Of a DNA stretch of 64,000 bases, positions 28,401 to 39,064 are shown piece after piece. The stretch comes from Eledone cirrhosa. Lineage: Eukaryota. The position numbers and the translations under genes are program-made. The notes beneath the pieces were generated by a model, which worked only from the letters and a program-made list of their open reading frames with translations, did not search any database and was not told the DNA's origin. Location of the stretch: contig OZ024746.1 in the NCBI GenBank assembly GCA_964016885.1, positions 95,232,001 to 95,296,000 on the forward strand, written 5' to 3'. The number at the start of each line of letters is the position of its first letter. The first letter of the stretch is position 1.

Positions 28401-28615
28401 CCAGTGAGCCAAAGAATGGCAGTGAGAAAACCATCAAGAAACAGGAGGCATTTTATAACGTTGACATAACGAAACCGTGGTAGGGTGTAAAAGCTTTTGC
28501 ATCGTGTTTGAAGTGAAGCCTGGTCACCATACATCTCAGCATCAAGCAAGGGGTCATCATCATCATCATCATTGTTGTTTATCATATGTCCACTCACCGT
28601 AATATTGTTGGACAT
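3845..28615 (-). CDS. ABCB-family half transporter (TAP/ABCB9/ABCB10-like), 5' part; 7 coding exons, continues past left edge
   Basis: Exons 28615-28402, 24341-23833, 13196-13085, 9286-9112, 8770-8710, 6729-6594 and 4033-3845 all have AG/GT ends with matching phases (1,0,1,2,0,1,1), totalling 1396 nt. Motifs: AGQRLVARLR, QEVAFYD-RTGELTNRLSSDTQVLQNA, AEESISSLRTVRSFA. Confidence 0.93.
4086..4563. repeat. (GGT/GAT)n low-complexity microsatellite
   Basis: Direct inspection. Confidence 0.95.
4980..5166 (-). mobile_element. tRNA-headed SINE family A (GCCTTTCATCCTT...GTCGATAAAAT core, Meta-domain-like)
   Basis: B-box GAGTTCAAATCC. Near-identical copies at 1-32, 25641-25835, 26893-27085, 47942-48118, 52205-52388 and 61972-62113, plus many older fragments. 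Confidence 0.85.
5555..5993 (-). mobile_element. SINE family B (tRNA head, CORE-like centre, RTE-like tail)
   Basis: Head GGCACGTGGCCTAGTGG, TTCTTGAGCAAAACA centre, GGTGTTAAGAAGGGCATCCAGC, (GAT)n tail. Confidence 0.8.
6594..6729 (-). CDS. ABCB coding exon 6
   Basis: TTTAAG acceptor, G|GTAAGC donor; VNISMLMRYMLQIIGSLAVMFVLNPALTGVLLGVVPLVSFGAVQY. Confidence 0.92.
6750..7750 (-). mobile_element. Tx1/L1-like LINE 3' fragment, decayed
   Basis: Broken ORF (LFLCLVAMGKKVVWWT...FFRFHLRKIRVE...FDERWV), then AATAAA and (ATT)n tail; similar tail at 46000-46220. Confidence 0.6.
8710..8770 (-). CDS. ABCB coding exon 5
   Basis: TTTTACAG acceptor, ACT|GTAAGT donor; RTGELTNRLSSDTQVLQNAVT. Confidence 0.94.
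9112..9286 (-). CDS. ABCB coding exon 4 (not in ORF track)
   Basis: CTTTCAG acceptor, AG|GTAAAT donor; DALNKTVLTLLGIYFGGCIASMVRCWIFNLAGQRLVARLRSEIFNNLISQEVAFYDTT. Confidence 0.93.
9363..9811 (-). mobile_element. Non-autonomous Helitron with nested TTAA MITE
   Basis: 5' TCTATATATATAAAAACGAAAATGTCTGTCTG, 3' CTAG, inserted between A and T with no TSD. Confidence 0.75.
9519..9730. mobile_element. piggyBac-like TTAA MITE family 1
   Basis: TIR CCCTTTAG...CTAAAGGG with TTAA on both sides. Copies at 8890-8950 (partial), 10679-10889, 11600-11814, 12802-12992, 23566-23766, 29557-29774 and about 56239-56525. Confidence 0.88.
10226..10549. mobile_element. hAT-type MITE
   Basis: TIR CAGGGTTGTGCAAC/GTTGCACACCCCTG; perfect 8-bp TSD CTTTAATA (10218-10225 and 10550-10557). 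Confidence 0.9.
10679..10889. mobile_element. TTAA MITE family 1
   Basis: CCCTTTAGCATTT/AAATGCTAAAGGG TIR with TTAA TSD. Confidence 0.88.
11600..11814. mobile_element. TTAA MITE family 1
   Basis: TIRs and TTAA TSD intact. Confidence 0.88.
11888..12566 (+). mobile_element. RTE LINE 3' end with triplicated 112-113 bp UTR segment
   Basis: Matches 40610-41058; repeat units start near 12121, 12234 and 12346; (GAT)n tail. Confidence 0.87.
13085..13196 (-). CDS. ABCB coding exon 3 (core TM1)
   Basis: Poly-T CAG acceptor, G|GTGAG donor; EAGMLMIGFVALIISSISQMLGPLFFGKVVDAALKSM. Confidence 0.92.
13570..14016. repeat. Long inverted repeat (about 180-bp arms, about 80-bp spacer)
   Basis: 13570-13752 is the near-perfect reverse complement of 13835-14016. 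Confidence 0.92.
14987..23490. repeat. 8.5-kb intronic minisatellite, 28-bp unit CCAGTGACTGRCTACAACAGTRACACCA
   Basis: About 300 tandem units with occasional 17-bp and 25-bp deletion variants. Confidence 0.97.
23833..24341 (-). CDS. ABCB coding exon 2 (TMD0 and linker)
   Basis: TTTTACAG acceptor, CCA|GTAAGT donor, open 509 nt; FHMRQSVFDL resembles ABCB9 FNIFDSVLDL; ends ANIKRVLLLASP. Confidence 0.9.
24660..25477. repeat. (GGT)n array punctuated by GATGGGTTTTGTGATA
   Basis: Direct inspection; produces spurious poly-P/T/V ORFs. Confidence 0.95.
26188..26519 (+). mobile_element. SINE family B, full length
   Basis: A-box TGGCTTAGTGG, B-box GAGTTCAATTC, CCTTGAGCAAGAC core, (ATG)n tail. Near-identical minus-strand copies at 28859-29195, 60915-61249 and 52507-52840 (truncated). 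Confidence 0.88.
27185..27655 (-). mobile_element. RTE LINE fragment with tandemly repeated 90-bp segment
   Basis: The motif GMRWLGHVLRKDESDW occurs about four times. Confidence 0.7.
27941..28401 (-). repeat. 48-bp minisatellite derived from exon-1 end and 5' splice site
   Basis: Unit contains TTTCTTACTACCATTCTTTACCTCACTG|GTAAG, compared with native TTTCTCACTGCCATTCTTTGGCTCACTG|GTAAG. Confidence 0.9.
28402..28615 (-). CDS. ABCB coding exon 1 (MSNNITVSGH...DDDDDDPLL...LWLTG)
   Basis: Acceptor TTTTCAG before 28632, ATG at 28615, donor G|GTAAGT at 28401; phase 1 matches the next exon. Confidence 0.8.
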
Positions 28616-30529
28616 CACTTTTTTACTAAGACCTGAAAATAAAAACAAAGATGTAATTAAACCATTTTTTTTTTTTCTTTTCTCAACTTTTTTCATCCTG
28701 TAATAATTAGAAGAAAATATTTAAAATATCAGAATTATAATTTGGTTTCTCGCTCTAACATCATTTCAAGATTAATTTTAAAACAAGTATCAGCCCAGTA
28801 CTGGGTTGATTCTTCTTCAATATCTCCTTCTTACTTCCTTTCTATCTCTCTACTTCCTTCATCATCATCATCATCATCATACGTCCGCTTTTCCCTGCTT
28901 GCAAGGGTGGGACGGGAACTGATTCTGGTTTGATTTCTACAGCTGGATGCCCTTCCTAACACCAACCTCATTTACAGTGTGGGCTGGGTGCTTTTTTGCC
29001 GTGGTACCTCCACGACCACTTTGCAGTGGAATGATATGGACCCCAGTCCTATCATCTCATTTCTATAGCTGAGTAAACTGGAGTAATATGAAATAAAGTG
29101 TCTTGCTCAAGGAAACAGCACATCACCCGGTCCGAGAATTGAACTCACAACCTTTCGATTGCAAGCCCAATGCTCTAACCACTAAGCCATGTGCCTTAAT
29201 ATACTAAGAAAATTAATTGTCACAGGAATGCTACCACCTAAAATAAAATTTCACCAGCGATAGATTAGCAAAATTGATATTACAACTGATATAAATTAAT
29301 TGATATTACAACTCTGCATGAACAAGTACACATACACACATGCACGCACACGCACACACAAGTGTGAAACAGGTCTGACAAAACATACATACAGCCATTT
29401 AGATACAGCGGTATTCAAACACCTATGTCTATGTATGTAAGGTGATAAAAACAGGTCACACAAACATACCCCCATACAATATATACATGTGTATATATGT
29501 ATATGTGTGAGTAGGTAGGTGTAGATATATAGATAGGTTGGTATGCATAGACTTAATCCTTTAGCATTTAAACCAGCCATATCCAGCCACAATTTTCTCA
29601 CCTCTTTCTGTTCAAACTGGCCATAACTGGCTGCTCATACTTTTGTTAAGGTATTGTTCTCAAAATAAATATCAAAATCTCATAGATTCAATATCATGTG
29701 AGATAATTATGTGAAATAAAGTGTTTACCGTGAAAATACTATGGTAAATATAGAGTTATGTAAATATTAAATAGTTAAATCCAACATTAGGAAATGTCAC
29801 CTTGACTATAGTTACTCAATGAACAGTATCACTGAAACTATAGAAAATCTAGCACACATACTTACAATAGCATAGCTAATGAGGTCAAAAGTATAGTATG
29901 TGAACTTAAGGTGGAGACTAGACTAGAAATATTAGTTAAACATGAAGTAATCTTCATACATTTCACTTGTAATATAAAATATAGGCTTATTAACCCTGTC
30001 AAAAACAGGAGAGGCTTAATTATCATCATCATTTTTATGTCCACTTTTGTGTCCATGCTTGCATGGGTTGGATAGGTCCTTCTCAGCATAGCATCTCTCC
30101 ACACATCGCTTTCCTTTGTCATTGCCTCTGCGAGTCTCAGTGGTTTGAGATCAGCTTTCACAACCTCTGCCCAGTTCTTTCTTGGTCTACCTCTACTGTC
30201 GTATCCATGGCTTCCTTCCACTGGCATTTCCTGGCACTTCTTCACCCAACAATTATTGTCCATTAGTATGAAAATAATTAACAGCATCAATAATAATAAG
30301 AATAATAATCTAAGGGCAAGTAACTTCTACCAATGGAAAAATGTCCATACAGTAATAAAATGGTTTAATTCCCCCAAGTTGACATAGGTTTTTATCCATC
30401 AGTATCTAAATTGCAACTCATTGCTGAGTTTGAGTTCACAAAGAACTATAGCACTATAGAAAAGAGAGAAATAGAGACTATACCAGGGTGATGAAAAGTT
30501 CCTATATATATATATATATATATACTTGA

Positions 30530-30762
30530 ACCATTAAGGTATTTTTCTTGGTTATGTCAAAATTTATAAAACACACTTCGTATTTTATCTGATGAAAGCG
30601 TACCAAAGTTTTGGTACCCTTGAAATATATATAATAGAATAAATATGGTTTTATAAATATAGTTTCCATTTATTTAATATCATTGAATATTATACTCCAG
30701 AAAACTTGTCGAGTGCTCTGAATCAGTTATAAACATTTATATTTGTTGAATTACCAACAAAT
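30530..30762 (+). mobile_element. Hammerhead-carrying dispersed repeat (Penelope pLTR-like)
   Basis: About 230 bp shared with 54775-55003; adjacent to a (TA)n tract. Confidence 0.6.
30581..30641 (+). ncRNA. Minimal type I hammerhead ribozyme motif (Penelope-like)
   Basis: Stem I TATTTTAT/ATAGAATA, CTGATGA, stem II AAGcGTACCAAA/TTTGGTACcCTT, GAAA, palindromic ATATATAT stem III, UA cleavage site. Confidence 0.75.
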
Positions 30763-31534
30763 TGAATATCCCTTTTGCTTATATATATATATATATGACA
30801 TTGGATAGGGTAGCAAAGAAGCCACAGCATTTGAAAAAGTTACAATAAGGTCATAAAACACTTGATACAAAGACAAAGATAAAAATAAATTTGAGGCATG
30901 AGTGCGCAGCATATTTCTGTGTTGTTTAAAGACATTGACTACTCGTGAAAAATCCCAACTGCCAAGCTTGATGTTAATCCTGTGTAAGCAACAATTAATA
31001 TAGCATGGCCTTGTCAGACACATGGACAACAACAAGATTTCAAAACATCTGCTCTTTGGTGAGATTTTCCAATATGTACAAATAAGAAGAAAAGCCAAGC
31101 TGCAGCCTTATTAAGTGCTGTACTGCACACAAAAACTTGGGCAAGTGTTGGTAATGACAGCAATCAACAGAAGTATCTTTATTGTGAATCTGGAGAAGGG
31201 CAGCAGAATGGGAAAATCAGTAGAGATTTGGGTAAAATGCTTTGGTGTATTTCTCCCAGTTCTTTAATTTCTAAATCCAAATCCCATTGACATCAATTTT
31301 GCCTTTCACCCATCTCATGTCTTAACCTTCTTGGTGATGCTGGTGACTGAATGCACCGATAGAGTAATTTCCCCTTAATACATAATACAGTATCAAGGAA
31401 AGCATTTCATTAAAAAATTCAACCCCCAGAAGATTAATTAGAAATGTATGTGTGTATATCGTTAGATATACATAATCACATACTTATATGTATTTTGTCA
31501 TGAACTGTACAAATCACAGCATCACAAATCGCAG

Positions 31535-32450
31535 CATCACCAACAATACCAAGGTGTGTGTGTATAGATCATGTGTTCTGTCTGCTCTTTTATACTCCGC
31601 CGAAACATAGATGCTATTCCACAAACACACCAAATTGCTTGAGCACTTTCAGCAGAAATGTCTAAGGCATATTCAACATCAAGTGACAAGACAGAACTCC
31701 TGACATCAATGTCCTTGTCAAAGTAGAATGTTCAAGCATTGAGCCTCAAGTAACATCTCAAATGCGCTGGACAGGACATATCGTCCACTTGAAAGAAAGC
31801 AGGCTCTCGAAGCAACTGTTTTACGGTGAGCTCCATCTTGGAAAAAGACCTCAACACAAAGCAAAAATGAGGTTCAAGGACAGCATCAAGAACAACATCA
31901 AAGTGCTGGCATTTGATATAGACAACTGGGAGGAGATAGCTCTAAATAGGGCTGAGTGAAGAAAGTGCATAGAGGGCAGTTGCAAAACCTTTGAGGAATG
32001 TCTTCTAGAACATAAACAACTAAAGCATCAACTCTGGAAGGGCTGTGCTCTCAGTCTTGATGAAGTCATCAGTAGCTGGACATGCAAGTCCTGTCAGCAT
32101 GTACTCCTCTCAAAGACTGGTTAGGTTAATCACCTGAAGTCACATGAAAGGATAACCACCTGCAACACCACTCAACAAAGACCTGGCGAAACAACGTACG
32201 TGATATGCAACAAAGTGTGTAGAACTAGTTCCGGACTAAAAAGACACATGGTGATGCATAAAGATTGTGTCTCACAGGGTGACCCCCACCAGTCCTGTGG
32301 AAAGCACAACACTCTTTTGTCACTTGTGTCGTAAACCATGCAGATCTACAGCTGGTCTAGGAAGTCATCTACGAAGTCATGGACGCAGATGGGATGACAA
32401 TGAAGAATCAAGAAGAGATGGCAATCGTCTGTGAAGACACTGCAATCCTC
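31535..32450 (+). mobile_element. Decayed RTE-type LINE 3' end with three C2H2 zinc fingers
   Basis: MRWTGHIV...KQLFYGEL...RFKDSIK...WEEIALNR, followed by CxxC...HxxxH motifs; several stops and frameshifts. Confidence 0.8.
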
Positions 32451-32481
<31 letters not shown>

Positions 32482-33000
32482 CGAGGCTACAGTGTTTATC
32501 AACTAAATGGAAACAATAAGAGGGTCTGAAATGACTTTTCAGTCAGGTCTAGCAGGTGACAACTTCCCTAACACTGGTGCAATGATAAAATCCACACAGT
32601 ACACCCTGTATGGCAGTTGACGATAGGAAAGGCATTCATTTGTAAAACGCATGCCAATTTTGGAACATAATAAACAAGATTGGACACTCTAGGCCATCTG
32701 ATCTCAGACCATGACAACCCATCCAACACAAGTCAGCATGAAAAGCTGATGGAAAAATTATGATGATGATGATATTCTTTTATTTTCTTACTTGTTTCAG
32801 TGATCAGACTGCGACCATGATGGGGCACCACTTTAAAAGGATTTAGTCAGTCATATCAACTCCAGTACATATTTTTTTCAATTCTGGTACATATTTTATA
32901 GATATCTTTTTGTCAAACAACTAAATTATGGAATATATACAAACAGTAAACGTTAAAATAGACAAAGACACTCACACACACACACACACACACATATATA

Positions 33001-33275
33001 GTCTTCTTCTTCTTCCTCTTTTTCCTCTTCTCCTTCGCCCACCTATTCCTGAGAGGGTTGTGGCGCAGAGTCCACAAACACTCCTTCCAGTAGGTCCTAT
33101 CAGAAACAACCATCTCCAACTGATTTGGCTGGATTCCCAAGCAAGACCTGCCAAGCTCATGGATGTTATCCAACCATCTGGCTCAAGGTCTACCCCTGGG
33201 TCTCCTGCTGGTTGGTTTTGCCTGTAAAATCTGTCCAGTTATTCTTTCCTGAAACATTCTAACCACAAGCAGTGC
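33001..33275 (-). mobile_element. RTE-type LINE 3' end with (GAA)n tail
   Basis: GRP...WMDNI...LGIQPNQL..VVSDRTYW; related plus-strand copy at 57525-57779. Confidence 0.7.
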
Positions 33276-33864
33276 AAACTACATATGATACATCATCATC
33301 ATCACCGTTTTACGTCCGTTCTTCCACGCTAGCATGGGTTAGACGAGCTATATAGTAATGAGTAAAATCCCAACAGGCAGCCCATTCCATTCTTTAAAAA
33401 AGGATGGCCACACTTGGTATTAATCATGGCTTGAATGCCTTTCATCATAAGTCTGCTTCATCAGAGCTAACTTCAAGAATTTGAAGAGATTCAGTAATGC
33501 AATTTACTTCCTTGTTATCAAGCTGGTATGAGGAACATAACTTGATAAAAGTTCTTAAATTAAATTCTGATGAAACATTTTTAGATAAAAATAAACAGTT
33601 TTGTATCATAGAACTAGGGCAGTTTTAGGTGGTTTGGTATCAAAAGTGTTAAAAAATGTCAGCATTTGATAAGAGCAAGGTTTTTCATTTTGAATATCAG
33701 ATGTGGTAAGAAGATAATTTTGCTATGGTGAAATAGAGAGAGAATAAACATACTTTTTAACAGTTACTGGCAGAAACATTACTGCTCTTAATCTTCATTC
33801 AACTAAGCACGTATTATTGGCAGAATGAGGGCAATGAATTAATGGAATCGTTAGTGTGCAATCG

Positions 33865-35046
33865 TTCGGAGGTTCAGCTGAAAAGTTACTCTCATGGCTG
33901 ACCAAGATACTTTCATGGAATGTAGCTAAATGAGGTTTATTTTTCAACATAGTCCGTCCCCCCCCTCTCAGAGTCCACACACTTCTTCCATCAGTGTTGC
34001 AGTGCCTGGATCCCGTTGGTGAAGAAGCTTTCATCTTGTTGGTCAAAAAGGTCATCAACAGCAGATATGGCGTCATCATCACTGGGGGACAGATAATAGT
34101 CAGATGGGGCCAAATCAGAAGAATAGGGTGGGTGATCAACCAGTTCAAAGCCACATTCATGCACAGCAGCCATTGAAACCAAGGGCTTGTGTGCTGGAGT
34201 ATTGTCCTGATGAAACAAGACCCTTTCATCTGTTTTCCTAGGTGTTTTGTCTTGATAGCATTTTATAACTGCTTCAGCAAGGTGGTATAGTACTCTCCAT
34301 TGATGGTGTGACCCTTTTGAAGATAAGTCAATAGACACAATGATTTTTTGCATCCCCAAAAACTGAGTCCATCACCTTCCCTGCAGATAAAATAACCTTG
34401 GCCTTCTTTGGAGCAGGTGAGGCGGGGTGTTTCCACAGCATGGATTGTCTCTTTATCTCTGGCTCAAAGTGATGAACCCATCACTCATCCTGGGTTAGGA
34501 AACATTCAAGGAAACCAGCTGGATCTGCTTCAAACAATGTTACATTTCCCTGAGATGTGATCAGCTTGGTGTGCTTTTGATCAGGTGACAGAAGACGTGG
34601 AAACCACCGAGCAGAAACCTTTGCCATGCCAAGTTCATTGTGCAGAATAATCTCAACTCTCTCACGGGATATGCGAATAGCATTGGCTATTTGATTTATA
34701 GTCAATCGCCTGTCATCCATCACCATGTGATGGACATGATCAATGTTTTCTTTGGGGATCTTCAAGACTCTCCCTTTCCCTCCTAAATTCAGCTGCCCAC
34801 TGTTGCACTGTTGATAAAGCTGGAGCGTCATCCCCTAATGTAGCAACCATGTCAGCATGATTTTCCTTGGGGGCTAAACCCTTTTTGTGCAAGTACTTGA
34901 TAACAGCACAATGCCAAATTTTGTCAATTTTCTCAAGAAGTTGCTACCAGTTACTTTTGGAGTCTTTTTTTAATGCATGCAAGATTTCACTGCTCTAACA
35001 TCACTCCTTCTTAGTCAGTCTATGAACCTTTCAGTCCACACTAGTA
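33865..35046 (-). mobile_element. Mariner (Tc1/mariner) transposon relic with transposase pseudogene
   Basis: KVSARWFPRLL, LFHQDNTPAH and HPPYSSDLAPSDYYL in disrupted frames; degenerate TIRs near both ends. Confidence 0.88.
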
Positions 35047-35291
35047 CATTGCAGTATTTTGTTATGACCCTCTACATACTATTTCAAAACCAACCAATGC
35101 CGACTTTGCCTTTCCTACATACAGGGTCAAAAGAATAAAGTACCAGTAATGCACTGGGTTGATTTAATCAACTTTACTTTCCCATAAAATTGTTGGCCAT
35201 ATGCCTAAATCAGAAACCATTATTTGCTGAATGAAGAGTTACATTCAAAAGGGATATTCTATTAATGCAACAAAAAGAGTCAAATGGCTTG

Positions 35292-37198
35292 AAGCTTGTG
35301 ATAACTGTGGCTAGTGGTATGGGCCTCTAGATAACATGTAGCTTCTGGTAGCTGTGGATAGTGGTATGGGCCTCTAGATAACATGTAGCTTCTGGTAGCT
35401 GTGGATAGTGGTATGGACCTCTAGATAACATGTAGCTTGTGATAGCTGTGGCTAGTGGTATGAGCCTCTAGATAACATGTAGCTTCTGGTAGCTGTGGAT
35501 AGTGGTATGGACCTCTAGATAACATGTAGCTTGTGATAACTGTGGCTAGTGGTATGGGCCTCTAGATAACATGTAGCTTCTGGTAGCTGTGGCTAGTGGT
35601 ATGGACCTCTAGATAACATGTAGCTTCTGGTAGCTGTGGCTAGTGGTATGGGCCTCTAGATAACATGTAGCTTCTGGTAGCTGTGGATAGTGGTATGGAC
35701 CTCTAGATAACATGTAGCTTGTGATAACTGTGGCTAGTGGTATGGGCCTCTAGATAACATGTAGCTTCTGGTAGCTGTGGCTAGTGGTATGGGCCTCTAG
35801 ATAACATGTAGCTTCTGGTAGCTGTGGATAGTGGTATGGACCTCTAGATAACATGTAGCTTGTGATAACTGTGGCTAGTGGTATGGGCCTCTAGATAACA
35901 TGTAGCTTCTGGTAGCTGTGGCTAGTGGTATGGGCCTCTAGATAACATGTAGCTTCTGGTAGCTGTGGATAGTGGTATGGACCTCTAGATAACATGTAGC
36001 TTCTGGTAGCTGTGGATAGTGGTATGGGCCTCTAGATAACATGTAGCTTCTGGTAGCTGTGGCTAGTGGTATGAGCCTCTAGATAACATGTAGCTTCTGG
36101 TAGCTGTGGATAGTGGTATGGACCTCTAGATAACATGTAGCTTCTGGTAGCTGTGGATAGTGGTATGGACCTCTAGATAACATGTAGCTTCTGGTAGCTG
36201 TGGATAGTGGTATGGGCCTCTAGATAACATGTAGCTTCTGGTAGCTGTGGATAGTGGTATGGACCTCTAGATAACATGTAGCTTCTGGTAGCTGTGGATA
36301 GTGGTATGGACCTCTAGATAACATGTAGCTTGTGATAGCTGTGGCTAATGGTATGGAGCTCCAGATAACATGTAGCTTGTGATAGCTTGGGTAGTGGTAT
36401 GGAGCTCCAAACATGTAGCTTCTGAGAGCTGTGGTTATTGGTATGGTCTTCTAAATGACATGTAGCTTGTGCAAACTGTAGCTAGTGGTATGGACCTCTA
36501 GATAACATGTAGCTTCTGGTAGCTGTGGCTAGTGGTATGGGCCTCTAGATAACATGTAGCTTCTGGTAGCTGTGGATAGTGGTATGGACCTCTAGATAAC
36601 ATGTAGCTTGTGATAACTGTGGCTAGTGGAATTGTTCTCCAAACATGTAGGTTGTAATAGTTGTGGCTAATGGAATAGACCTCTAGACAACATGTAGCTT
36701 GTGATAGCTGTGGCTAGTGGAATGGATGTCTAAATGTCATGTAGCTTGTGAAAGCTGTAATTAATGGAATTGTCCTCCAAACACGTAAATTATGATAGCT
36801 GTAGCTATTGGTATGGACTTCCAGACAACATGTAGCTTATGATAGCTATGGCTAGTGGTATGGACTTCCAGACAACATGTAGCTTATGATAGCTATGGCT
36901 AGTGGAATAGACCTCCAGACAACATGTAGGTTGTGATAGCTGTGGCTAGTGGAATAGACCTCCAGACAACATGTAGGTTGTGATAGCTATGGCTAGTGGA
37001 ATAGACCTCCAGACAACATGTAGCTTATGATAGCTATGGCTAGTGGAATAGACCTCCAGACAACATGTAGGTTGTGATAGCTGTGGCTAGTGGAATAGAC
37101 CTCCAGACAACATGTAGGTTGTGATAGCTATGGCTAGTGGAATAGACCTCCAGACAACATGTAGGTTGTGATAGCTGTGGCTAGTGGAATAGACCTCC
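35292..37198. repeat. 47-bp minisatellite (CTAGATAACATGTAGCTTCTGGTAGCTGTGGMTAGTGGTATGGRCCT)
   Basis: About 40 units; a second subtype (CCAGACAACATG...GGAATAGACCT) forms the right end. Confidence 0.95.
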
Positions 37199-37984
37199 AT
37201 CACTTCATATAATGAATGTTCCATATATTCTCTCAATGGAACAGCTACTCATGAAATTAACATATAAGTAGCTGAGCATTCCACAGACATGTGTACCTTT
37301 AACATAGTTCTCAGGGAGATTCACTATGACATAGTGTGTAACAAAGCTAGACCTTTGAATTATAGATACAGTCCATCCAGCAGGCTTCCAAATAGTTGTC
37401 ATCTACACAATTTCTCTCACAAGGTACTGGTCAATTCAAAACTATAATTGACACCTGCTCATGATGCCATAGAGTGAAATCAAAAGTGGGACCTATTCAG
37501 GGTGATATTTAATGAGGGGCAAAAGAGGAAATTGTCCCGAGCCTACTGCAGTAGGGGGGGGGCACTCACCAGCCATGACCGTAGCAATTTATTTGTACCC
37601 TCAGCTGGGCTTTTTAGTTTTAAGGTGGTTAGAATGTTTGAATTTAATACCTGTATGTATAACTTTTCAACTCCAATTACTTGCACTAAGCTAACTTAGA
37701 TATGTAAAATTGGGGGGGGGGGGGGTTGCTGTGTATTCTAATTTTTTGTGTAAGACCTCCTCCCCCTCTTTCCAGGTCTAAATCCAACCCTAGACCTAAT
37801 GATTGCAAACTGAACTCTTTAACAATCCATCTATGTTGCAAAGAAGATATGGTTTGTAGAGATACTCCTGACATATAGCTGAATGTCTGTAACCTTTCTA
37901 TTGGAAAGTTGAGACTGTATGCAATAGTAGTCTGTAAGTGAGCAGTGTAGCTCAGAACAAATTGTAGTTAAGCTGCCATATTAA

Positions 37985-38216
37985 CCCTTTAGTTACCAAC
38001 CCGGCCAAAACCGACTCTGGTTGTATGAAATAAAGTCACCCATTTTAAAGGTTTCTAATTTAAATTAAAATCTTCCAACATAATTTTATATAAGAACCTT
38101 ACATTAAGTTACTATCTTAGTAATGAAATAATTAATAATTTTAGTAAATACTTCAAAATTCTTCATTAATTAATTGAAATAGACAGTATTTCATTAAAAA
38201 TGCAGTCATGAAAGGG
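37985..38216. mobile_element. TTAA MITE family 2
   Basis: TTAA-CCCTTT...AAAGGG-TTAA; homologues at 4712-4941 and 5488-5543. Confidence 0.8.
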
Positions 38217-39064
38217 TTAAGGGCTGGATGTGTATGAGCTGTATACCTCAAAAGAAGCTATAATCAAGGAGTCATATGAAGGGCTGGATAAGTGTAAGCT
38301 TTCTAGTGGCAGCAAGCCTGTCTGCAGTGCTAGAGTACTAGTCTACAGTGAAGTAGTGAGCTGTGTAACTCAGACAGAAACTGTAGTCAAGCAGGTTTAT
38401 AAAGGACTGGATGTGTGTGAGCTGTATGGCTTAGGTCAATCTGTAATCAAGCTGTTGTATGAATGGCTGAACATGTGTGAGCTGTGTAGTTGAGAACAAG
38501 GTGTCTTATCAATGGCTGGTTGTTTGTTAGCTGTACACTTCAAAACAAGCTATAGTGAAGCAGGTGTATGAAGGGCTGGTTGTGTGTGACTTCTCTATAG
38601 GTAATGTAGCTATCTGAATGAGTGGTATGTAAAGAGATGAGTAAGCTGCATAATTGGCGAAAGCTGTTGTGTTGTGGCCAGTTATTGAGCTACATAACTT
38701 GAGAAAGCTCCTCCAGAGGATGAAAGGCAAAGTTGCCCCCTTGGTGGGATTTGAACTGAGAACATAAACAAGATGAAACATCACAGAGGAATATATCCAA
38801 CACTCTACCAATTCTGCTAATCCATTGATCTGTAATCTACTTATTGAACTGTATAGCTTGAGAAAGTTGTTGAACTATGATCAATACATGTGAGGTGGGT
38901 GTCGTGGGAAAGCTGCCATATTATCAACAATAAATGAGGTGCAGAAAGCTGTTGCACATCATCATCATCATACTCTTACATCTGCTTTTCCATGCTTGTA
39001 TGATTTGGACAGGTCTTTTCCAGCCAAGCTGCACTCCACTTGTTGCATTCCTATAGTATAATAA

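Noticed and set aside
27882-28469. Plus-strand 195-aa repeat protein
   Set aside because: Antisense reading of the 48-bp minisatellite with a non-ATG start.
33567-33600. CTGATGA plus hairpin hammerhead candidate
   Set aside because: GAAA box and stems I and III are missing.
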